This document shows, piece after piece, positions 25,321-34,498 of a stretch of 64,000 nt of DNA. Position numbers and translations under genes: made by a program. This stretch comes from Glycera tridactyla (taxonomy: Eukaryota), in the NCBI GenBank assembly GCA_965644265.1, contig OZ286465.1, positions 7,130,001 to 7,194,000 on the forward strand, written 5' to 3'. The first letter of the stretch is position 1, and each line of letters starts with the position of its first letter. Under the pieces are notes generated by a model. That model did not search any database. It saw only the letters and a list, made by a program, of their open reading frames with translations, and was not told the DNA's origin.

Positions 25321-26110
25321 CATCATTAGTACCTGAAGTCGCCGTCGCGCTAGTCGATGGCGCTGCTAGAATCTGAATTATTTCTGAAAACAGAACCACC
25401 TACGGAATTCTAAAGAACTAATAGTTCCAAAAGTCGCCACGCTTTTTTGTGGTGGCGCTGCTAACTGCGTGGAGAAAAACAGAACCACCTAGCGGCGATC
25501 CTGAACACCATTAGTTCCAATTATCGCCGCGCTTTTAAATGGTGGCGCTGCTAACTTTGCGGATACGCGAGCGAACAAACGATCGTACAAACGATCGCGG
25601 CAATTATGCGACATAATACACGAAGTGACCAACGAACAAACTGTAAACAAACATGTTGGTCAAAATATCACACAAAATCACAATTCAACTGCCATCACGG
25701 CACCGCGCACCCCTCCCGTGCTCCGTGCACCCTTCTCAATACTCCAAAATACAGGCTAAACAGTTCGCAAACTATTCAATAATCCTTCACTGATCTGGAT
25801 AATATCACATAATGAACATAATATCCTTTGAATGAATGAATCTGAAAGGAAATGAATAGCCGTAGGCCACGTAAAACAAATTTTTACGGAGCCCGGGTAT
25901 TCTCCAACTGCTCACAACCAAGCGAAGTTGAAAAATACACAGAGACACAGCGGTTGCCAGGTGACGTCGGGAGGCATAGTAGGGGGAGCCATCTAGTGGA
26001 TCCCATAAACGGGAGGGCTGTCTCCCTAAAAAGTTTTGTAGTTATGTTCGCACGTAGGCACTTCGGCCTAGGGAATGCAGAATTTGAGGGAGAAATGGGT
26101 ACAGATAGAT

Positions 26111-26615
26111 CATTGTGGTATGGATGAAAAACCAAAGTGTTGATCACGTTTCTTCTAATATTTTCTCCGCCGTCACGTTGTTGTTTTCGCTCAAAAACAT
26201 TGAAGTATATGTCTGTCAGCTCACTCGGACTGTCAATATAGATCCACGGAGAAATACCGTTCATGTAGTTCTTTACACCTTTTGCTATGGTAACATTAGT
26301 ATGATAGTATGAGTCTTTTCCTGGAATCATATAAGCACACGCTTTGCAAAAACTCTCTGGTTTTTCATGTTCAAACTCTAATTGACTCAGCTCTTGCATC
26401 TGTGTGTTCCTGATTCTCAATGGGAAATCCACCAAATTCCTCACACATTCATACTTCGAGCAGCATTGCCTTAAATCGAGGAATACTCCACAGGGCCTGA
26501 ACATCAACTGCTCATTGGGATCCTACAGGTGGATCCTAGCTAGAGGATCACTTGGATTCAATCGTGTACGCACAAATGGGTGTCCAAAAACACCTTTGCA
26601 ATCCAGGTGGGACAT
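26111..26615 (-). pseudogene. 5' part of the unknown ORF split by the DIRS insertion (Cys-containing N-terminal half)
   Basis: ATG at 26615 (MSHLDCKGVFGHPFV), in-frame TAG at 26523-26525, then ...PCGVFLDLRQCCSKYEC...FCKACAY...VFHPYHN up to the DIRS edge. Confidence 0.7.
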
Positions 26616-26687
26616 GACTTTATCTCCTGAAAGAAGAGTGAAATATATATAGCACAAAAAAATTATTTAAAAAAACTTACAGTGCAT

Positions 26688-27246
26688 TCATTTCTGTAGC
26701 AATTTATGGACGTACGTTCTGTGTTTCCCATCCATGTACTCATATGAGTTGTTCACAACGTTATATGCATACAAGTTATAGTACTTTCCTTTGGCGAATG
26801 ACTTGAACATTAGGCCTATTCGACTGGTCGGTTTCGTTAAAAGTGCGTTGACGGAAATGTACTCAACGATCGTAGCCCAGTCGAATAGGTTTCGTTTAAC
26901 GAGTTCAACGCAGTGAAACGACCGTTGAGATCGTACACAACGAAAAAGTGTTAAGCGACCACTCGAATACAAAGCGTAGTCAACGGACCCGCCGTACTCA
27001 ACGAAACCTACCAGTCGAATAGGCCTATTGATCCGAAATCTTTTTCTGCAGAAATGTCTCTTGCCAACCCATACAGTCGAACCCATTCCATGAAAATTTC
27101 AGGGTCCAGCCCGTTGGCCCACACAAAGGCACATAGTATCATACGTTGGTCATGTCGCAGATTCTTTGTCCAAAAAGACATATATTTGCAGCACCAATAA
27201 TGTCCTGAATTGTTGACCATAAAGAATAATATTCATCTGGAGCCAT
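26688..27246 (-). pseudogene. Small ORF (~115 aa reconstructed) resembling the primase large-subunit (PriL/PriX) C-terminal domain
   Basis: MAPDEYYSLWSTIQDIIGAANI / frameshift ~27182 / FWTKNLRHDQRMILCAFVWANGLDPEIFMEWVRL...DFGSI [MITE] MFKSFAKGKYYNLYAYNVVNNSYEYMDGKHRTY. Removing the MITE plus one TA restores the frame. The family call comes from motif recall only. Confidence 0.6.
26813..27025. mobile_element. 213-bp MITE with 26-bp TIRs and TA TSD
   Basis: TA|GGCCTATTCGACTGGTCGGTTTCGTT ... AACGAAACCTACCAGTCGAATAGGCC|TA; a partial internal TIR copy lies at ~26875-26900. Confidence 0.92.
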
Positions 27247-27679
27247 TGACGTACCTTGTACAGCAATATATGACTATTAGGTGATACTTGCTGGTGAAGT
27301 GTGTGGCGCGAAAGAATACAAACAGCGACACCAAGCGGTTTCGAAGACCGAAAGTAGTCCCTTAGATCTGGCGACCGCATCACGAGAGTTGAACGAGATT
27401 TATTCATACGCGAAAAAACATGGCGGGGAAGGCAAGCAAAAATCAGTTTCAAAAAGTGGATTTTACGTTTTTACAGTGAACAACAGACAACAACAAACAC
27501 AAGTAAGCCAGAAATACACATTCCTCATGTTTGATATCATGTTTATTGTTTCAAAGTCAACATTATTGCATTCTGGACCTCGTAAATGCTATTTATACAG
27601 TTTATTAAAACATCGTTCCTATTAGAGCAGGCAGCCTTTTTTGCAGCCTTTCTTGCAGCCTTTTCACTTCTTCCTTTAT

Positions 27680-29418
27680 TTCGGTTGTATGGACAGAGAA
27701 AATGATGACATTGTGCCTGTTAACCATTTCAATGATTCATATATACATATATGGAGAAAGTATAGGAAAGTAACTCACTAATATGTGAGTGTTCTTGCTT
27801 TTGTGCCACCAATGCTCATTGTCATTAGCAACACAATTGCCATTCCATCTCTTCCAAAGAGACCTGAGCAAACTCATGTCCACAAGGGAAGGGATAGAAC
27901 GTAGCTGTGAAAAGAATATACCTAGATCATGAATATGTCTAGAAAAGAAAACATGTTTATAAAATTCTATAAGCCCTGTGCCAGTACCTGATGCAAACTC
28001 ATGCACTGATTCAGAACCCCAAACATGACTTGGGTGAAATAATTGACCAGGCCCCCATATGTGGCTCCTGAGGCCAACTCATGAACAAGCACATGGGGAT
28101 CTAGATAACTGGAGAATATGTCTCTAAAATAAAACATGTCTCAGATCCATGATCCTGAGGCAAACTCATGATCCTGGAAATGAATTTTAGAATTGCATGG
28201 CTGATTTGATTCATGGTTGTACACCCCTGAGGCAAACTCATGAGTGACTTCACCATTCTTCAAAACTTATCAGTGGAATATAGTATATCACAAAATATGG
28301 AAGAAAAATGAGCTATGGTGCCACATCCCTGAGACTAACTCATGGGTGACTTTGCCATGTCTCGAACTTTCAATGTTGGCATAACGATAAAAACGGTTAA
28401 ACATAAAATTGTCAGCTGAAATATTTGGAGCTGGAAGAGATATTGGCTAGGTGACTGGGGCTGGTGGCGGGATGAAGTTGTGGTGATGTGTCTCACTTGG
28501 CAGCCGGGTGGCAAATGGGAAGAGTGCAATGCAGCATGGTCCCTTGTGGGATGCCAACTTCCTGTGACCCAGATTTCTCGAACATGATTGGCTGATGTCA
28601 TCCTCTCACCCTTGCAGGGGTATGCTCTTGATGGAGTGATGTGAGGGGGGTCACTCCTTCATCCATTTCACCGAAATTATATTACCTTGTAATATATGTT
28701 TTCGGTTGTATGGACAGAGAAAATGATGACATTGTGCCTGTTAACCATTTTAATGATTCATATATACATATATGGAGAAAGTATAGGAAAGTAACTCACT
28801 AATATGTGAGTGTTCTTGCTTTTGTGCCACCAATGCTCATTGTCATTAGCAACACAATTGCCATTCCATCTCTTCCAAAGAGACCTGAGCAAACTCATGT
28901 CCACAAGGGAAGGGATAGAACGTAGCTGTGAAAAGAATATACTTAGATCATGAATATGTCTAGAAAAGAAAACATGTTTATAAAATTCTATAAGCCCTGT
29001 GCCAGTACCTGATGCAAACTCATGCACTGATTCAGAACCCCAAACATGACTTGGGTGAAATAATTGACCAGGCCCCCATATGTGGCTCCTGAGGCCAACT
29101 CATGAACAAGCACATGGGGATCTAGATAACTGGAGAATATGTCTCTAAAATAAAACATGTCTCAGATCCATGATCCTGAGGCAAACTCATGATCCTGGAA
29201 ATGAATTTTAGAATTGCATGGCTGATTTGATTCATGGTTGTACACCCCTGAGGCAAACTCATGAGTGACTTCACCATTCTTCAAACACTTATCAGTGGAA
29301 TACAGTATATCACAAAATATGGAAGAAAAATGAGCTATGGTGCCACATCCCTGAGACTAACTCATGGGTGACTTTGCCATGTCTCGAACTTTCAATGTTG
29401 GCATAACGATAAAAACGG
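27680..29418 (-). repeat. Ngaro B2-A2-B1 terminal repeat block
   Basis: 27680-28396 is near-identical to 28701-29418. 28472-28700 matches 34520-34744 apart from one duplication and one deletion in A1. Confidence 0.95.
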
Positions 29419-29535
29419 CCAAAACCATGGAGTGGCAAACTCAATGGTGCGCCAACTAGGAAAGGATGGCCAGCAGACACAAGATGTCAGAGGATATATG
29501 GTCAGCCCTATCACACCCATTTGTAACCCAAATGT

Positions 29536-30434
29536 TTATTTCACATGTATGGATTCTGGCCGAATGTATGCTCGAAAGGCATTTGAGCGCCATCTCCCTA
29601 GAGACATGATCTGCTGATCAGTGAATCCCTGCCTAACCATATCCGTGGCTTTCCCAATGCGGAAAGAGTGCGTGTTGAAGTTCCCTGACCAGCCCAAAAC
29701 ACTAATACATCTTCGTAAGGTGCGGGAAATCTACGCCCTGGTTAGGGGCTCACCCTTCCTGCTGGTGTAAGCATAATGCCTTGAGGGGGGAGCCATGAGT
29801 AAGTATTGTTGGTAGAGCCTGACTGGGCAAACCGTTGATACTTAGATGGATGGAGCTGTAAATTTGGGGTTGACCCTTCTGAATGTTTGTACGACCTGAA
29901 TGTCAAGGCTAGGACCTTTTGTGGCCCATTTCCCTTCAACTGGAGATCCCTGCTCTTAAGAATGTGAGTGAAAGTGTTTGTGACACAGATTTCACTTGCT
30001 CTCAGGCAAGCATGATACATAACTGCAAATATCGCCTTATACAAGGCTATGTTGTAGGGGTCATTGAAAACATGTTCGATGGCAGGGACCAGACTGACAA
30101 GGTTTTGTAATCCTAGGGCTGTACGCTTAGTGCTCTGCCCATCTCTTCGTGATATCGCCTTCAACAATTTCGCGGCACGGAATGCAGACGTTGGGTCTGG
30201 TTCAAGGCATATTTTATGGGCAAATGCTATGGCAGATAGGTGGGTTCGTATTGTCGAAGCCCGCATACTTTTGAGTGCTAGGTGGGAAATAAAGAGTGAT
30301 ATATCATCAGCAGAGGCTGGGATGGCCCGTCGTTTGCCCAAAATGTGATTCATGAATTGTGAGAGGAGTTGCCAACTACGCTCATAGGACCTCCTGGATG
30401 ATGCTGTCAGGCTCTGTTTCAGCAATCCTGCCAT
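29536..30434 (-). pseudogene. Ngaro tyrosine recombinase
   Basis: YHACLRASE (Arg I) in the annotated ORF. After a frameshift at ~29840 and an in-frame stop: HSFRIGKAT...LGRWRSNAFRAYIR, with stop at 29536-29538. Confidence 0.93.
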
Positions 30435-32311
30435 GGCAGTGCGAAGTTTTCTAGCAGCATTTCCTTCGGGATGGCTGTGGCTTGCGCATCCATGTCATAT
30501 TTGGTCAGCAATGCTGGAGAATCCTGCAAGTGGGAAATTTTGTCAGCAAGGATGTTAGTGACACCTGGTATATGTTCAGCTTCAAACGATATGTTATATT
30601 TCAGAAAGAGAGACATCATTCTGCGGATAATATGCATTAACTGTTTGCTTTTTGAGGTTTTCTTATTTATTGCGTAGGATATGGCTATATTATCAGTCAT
30701 CAGGCGTATTGAACTGTTCTTTATTCTGGAGCCAAACATGTAAATCATGACTAGGATAGGATAAATTTCACGAACTGTGATGTCCAATTTCTTCCATGTT
30801 CTGGGCCACCTTGCTATTATCCATGCCTTTTCCAGGCAGCCTCCCATCCCAAGATCTGATGCATCTGTGTACATCTTAAGGGAGTCAGATGTTACTTGGG
30901 GTTTTCTAAAAATGGAGACCCCATTGAAATTCTGTAAGAATTCGAGCCATACTAAAAGGTCGGCCTTCATGCCATGTGTTATTCGAATTTTGTGGTAGGG
31001 CTTTTCGATTTTCATTGTTGCATCAATGAGACGACGTAAGAAGGCCCGGCCAGGGAGGACACTCGTGGCAAAATTCAATTCTCCGATGAGTGACTCAAGC
31101 TCCTCGTTCTTCAATTTTGAAAGAGTCAATACCTCTTGAATCACGTCTGTCAATTCTGAGATTTTGCTAACTGGGAGTCTTGCCTCAAATGCCACCGAGT
31201 CCAATTCAATTCCCAGAAATGACAGGCAGGTCACTGATGGCTCGGTCTTATTCTCGGCTATTGGAACCCCCAGGTCAGTTGCTAGTCTCATGAACCCATC
31301 TAAATATTGCTTGCAAATTGCTGCCTCTTTGGCGATAAACAGAAAATCATCTAGATAATGCAGGACAACTGCATAGGGGAAGTGTTTTTTGAAAATCCAT
31401 TCCATTGCTGAGGAGAAACGTTCAAAAATTTGGCATGAACTTCCCAAGCCTTGGGGCAGACATTTGTCATAATAATATTGTTCCTCCCATGCCATTCCCA
31501 TCTCGCAATACTCTGATGGGTGAAGGGGGATGAGTCTGAAAGCACTCTTTATATCTGTCTTGGCAAGGTAAACACCCCTCCCCAAATCTTGGATGTATTT
31601 CATGGCATCACAAACGTTAGAATAGCTGACTGTTTTGCAAGATTGGGGAATCAAGTCATTAATCGATGTGCCATCATATGGATGGGAGAGATCGTGTATG
31701 AGACGAAATTTACCACTCTCTCTCTTGGCTCGTAATGACAATGGGGATACTTTGAATTCAGAGAAAGGCGGCTGGCCATGGGGGCCCGATATTCGACCTA
31801 GTGATATTTCCTCCTGCAGTTTTCGAGACACAGATGAGGGATGTCTTAATGTTATGCTTGCATTGCGGACCGGACCGGAGCAAGCAGCAATGGGCCCTTC
31901 ATGGCCAGTCATGAAGCCATGCATAAAGCCCTCAGTTAGGTACCAGAATTCATCTAGGGTATATCCTTCTAGGTGAAACCTAAGCCTGTCTATTCGCACT
32001 GGGGTTGGCAGCTTTGACAAATTTTGGCTTGCCGGAAGGAGAAACAGTGGGCTTTGATGGGTCATGGTCTTTGTCCTGCTGTGCACCGGTATTGGTTTTG
32101 CTATAGCATGGGAAGTAGGATGGGTGGCGTTTCTCACACTGCCAGCATTGGTGCTTGTAGCGACAGTTTTCATTATTCGGGCAACGGACCCCTTTGGTGT
32201 GGAACTGGATGCAGAATCCGGGTGGGATAGGTTGGGTCTGGGACTGACTTTGGCCACGAAAATTACCCTGTTTCTGGCCCCGGGTCCCACTCGATCGGTA
32301 TTGTTGGTCAA
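30419..32311 (-). CDS. Ngaro reverse transcriptase / RNase H ORF (uninterrupted, 630 aa)
   Basis: LPTPVR, FRLIHDLS, AKTDIKSAFR, YLDDFL, TDASDLGMG, TDNIA and NILADKIS; the first ~110 codons overlap gag. Confidence 0.95.
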   Translation of the reverse strand: MTNNTDRVGPGARNRVIFVAKVSPRPNLSHPDSASSSTPKGSVARIMKTVATSTNAGSVRNATHPTSHAIAKPIPVHSRTKTMTHQSPLFLLPASQNLSKLPTPVRIDRLRFHLEGYTLDEFWYLTEGFMHGFMTGHEGPIAACSGPVRNASITLRHPSSVSRKLQEEISLGRISGPHGQPPFSEFKVSPLSLRAKRESGKFRLIHDLSHPYDGTSINDLIPQSCKTVSYSNVCDAMKYIQDLGRGVYLAKTDIKSAFRLIPLHPSEYCEMGMAWEEQYYYDKCLPQGLGSSCQIFERFSSAMEWIFKKHFPYAVVLHYLDDFLFIAKEAAICKQYLDGFMRLATDLGVPIAENKTEPSVTCLSFLGIELDSVAFEARLPVSKISELTDVIQEVLTLSKLKNEELESLIGELNFATSVLPGRAFLRRLIDATMKIEKPYHKIRITHGMKADLLVWLEFLQNFNGVSIFRKPQVTSDSLKMYTDASDLGMGGCLEKAWIIARWPRTWKKLDITVREIYPILVMIYMFGSRIKNSSIRLMTDNIAISYAINKKTSKSKQLMHIIRRMMSLFLKYNISFEAEHIPGVTNILADKISHLQDSPALLTKYDMDAQATAIPKEMLLENFALPWQDC

Positions 32312-33005
32312 GGTGGGGCACTACTGCTGACCACGGACAGACCCCAAACTGACGGTCCCACCTGAAATGATGGTCATATTCTGCCCATTTTCCCCCACTC
32401 TTATAAATTTTCCTAATTTCTCTGCCATAAGTAAGTAGCTCTTTAATCTCAGCTCTATTGGCGGGAATCTCACAATAAACAGCCATGAATGATTCCCAGG
32501 CCTCTACCCATGAGTCAAAGTTTCTCAATAGTTTTGGCTTGCTAGCCACAACCCTAATTCTCCCCTGCTTCAATGTCAAGGTGTCTCCATCTTCTAAATC
32601 GTTGGGCGTTTGGATAGGTTGATGAGGGGTTGTAATGGGATGTCAAGATTTGCATTGTCCTGAGCAACCTCAATATCTTCAGGTAAGGCTTCGCCCTCCT
32701 GCCACTGCTCGTATGTTGTATTACCTGTGGGTGCCGTGATTGTGGCATTAGGTGTAGATGTCTGGGGTTGTGGAGCAGTCAACGTAGTCGACAGTGGCTG
32801 GTTTATAAGGTCAGTCGTTCTCGGTCGTTGTGCTCAGGCTCAGGGGCCTTCCTCCTCCGTTTTTCAGGCCGTGCTTGGTCGCTCTCTGTAACTAGGCCCT
32901 GATTCTGCTCCAGAATGGACACTTTTTGCTGAAGATCAAGCAGTGTTTTGTTCAGCTCACGCATCATCTTGGCCGAGCCACGCTTTTTGCGAATTTTTGG
33001 AGGCA
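31980..33005 (-). pseudogene. Ngaro gag-like ORF1 (frameshifted pieces)
   Basis: PPKIRKKRG start-like segment, coiled-coil, FDSWVEAWESF, WAEYDHHFR and a Cys/His finger CIQFH...CRYKHQCWQCEKRH. Confidence 0.85.
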
Positions 33006-33470
33006 CTAGAATGAAGAATAATATGTCATTGCCATGAAGGCATGACAAGACCTCTCGTGGACACGGCATATGCCCAGGACAAGGTATAATGAAGCGGCAT
33101 TTCGCACACGGCATGTGTGCCTGGAATAATAGATGAGTAATGCATGTGCGTGCACGTCATGTGCGGCAGGACAGATACTAACTCATGCATGGGCTCGGCA
33201 TAGAGGAGATCCCTGAAGACAGGCACAGCCTAGCAGGAAGGTGACTGGTCCAAATTTGGAGGTATATGCATGGCATATGCATGTTGAGAAAAAACCCCAA
33301 CACTGAGGGCTGACATCAGGTATACACGACAAGTGTTGGGTAAAGACCGGTATGGTTTACATAGGCTTTGAGTGGTATCTGGAAGCCACAGTGCTGTATT
33401 GCACAAAACAATGGCTTGGTGACTGGTTAGGAGAACAGCGGAGAGCTCGTTTCAGTCATCATTATTATTA

Positions 33471-33649
33471 CAGTGAAAAACCCGTCTTGGGAGACCACCC
33501 CTAACGCCAACAAAAAGTGGTCTCTCAAGACAGGTGGTTTCTCATTGGAGGTATATTTGACTATGCCAAATAGGGGGGGGGGGAGTCAATAAGGGGGGTC
33601 CCCATTAGGGGGTGGTCTCCCAAAAGAGGGTTCAAGACAGGCTTCACTG
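33471..33649. mobile_element. pogo/Tc1-like MITE nested inside the Ngaro element
   Basis: TA|CAGTGAAAAACCCGTCTTG ... CAAGACAGGCTTCACTG|CA. Confidence 0.8.
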
Positions 33650-33796
33650 CATTACATCAATGAATATAAGAGGAGGAAGAAATTTAAGAGGGGGGGGGGG
33701 GCGGAGGGCTTCTTGAATCATTAGGACCAAGTGCAATTGACAAGTGCCCCCAATTAGAGAGGCATACAGCTGACAACCAGTGAATTACAAGTAAGA

Positions 33797-34498
33797 TTAT
33801 TGATCGGAAAGGTGGTGTTTCATTGCAAAGAAGACACTGCGTGTGTATTTTTGCATTGGGGAAACACTATCTGTGTTGTCAATCCCAGGTGGGTTGACAA
33901 CTGTGCGCAAATGGATCCGATCATCACTCCATGTGTCTATCGGGGCTGGGGTGGCAACATCGAGGCCCGAGAATCCCCGTAACCGTTCGAAGTGTACGCA
34001 TTCCGTGTTAGCACAAAGCCTTTTCAATGTGCTGTTGTATTCAACAGCATTGAGGAGGAATTCCTCTTCAGTGCATGACATATTAGCACCACGAGGTATC
34101 ACGGAGAATATTGATACTGATCGGACAGAATGATGTCGGTGAATCAGCTTCGTAGCTGCAGCACATGTGCGGCTGGCAATTTCTGCAGCCCCCACTGCAT
34201 CTTTCCCGGACAACCGAGCGAGATCATTAGTACCTATGTCAATTTGAATATGCCGAGGTTTGATGGTACTTATCATGTCACGCACTCTCTTACTGTACAG
34301 ATCATCAATCATATTGATTCCTTTCGAACAAGTATACATATGTTTACAGAAACGATCATCAGTGAAGCCAGTACGGATGGCTAACAAACGTGCTGAGTTC
34401 AGGCATTCTATGCCTACATCTGCACCTCTAATACGTGACAATTTATCATCTGCATATCGGCGAACAAATAAATGTCCAACAAACAAGGCAGTGGCCAT
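33797..34498 (-). CDS. SGNH/GDSL hydrolase-like ORF inside the Ngaro element
   Basis: Block I FVGHLFVRR (Ser replaced by Leu), block III DIGTND and block V DRIHL; ATG at 34498; lies between A1 and gag. Confidence 0.88.
   Translation of the reverse strand: MATALFVGHLFVRRYADDKLSRIRGADVGIECLNSARLLAIRTGFTDDRFCKHMYTCSKGINMIDDLYSKRVRDMISTIKPRHIQIDIGTNDLARLSGKDAVGAAEIASRTCAAATKLIHRHHSVRSVSIFSVIPRGANMSCTEEEFLLNAVEYNSTLKRLCANTECVHFERLRGFSGLDVATPAPIDTWSDDRIHLRTVVNPPGIDNTDSVSPMQKYTRSVFFAMKHHLSDQ

Larger units (their letters stand above)
18541..26110 (-). mobile_element. DIRS1-type tyrosine-recombinase retrotransposon, near full length, decayed
   Basis: ITRs 18587-18762 and 25927-26100; ICR 18809-18903 complementary to both outer ends; gag, RT-RH-MT and YR frames; no TSD. 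Confidence 0.97.

Noticed and set aside
27420-27510. Plus-strand gene start AAACATGGCG with a GTAAG donor
   Set aside because: The frame closes after 19 codons and no downstream exon was found.
27680-29418. B1/B2 direct repeats as LTRs or KolobokP-type terminal direct repeats
   Set aside because: They flank only the A2 repeat, and the A1-B1-A2-B2 order with a YR gene defines an Ngaro element.
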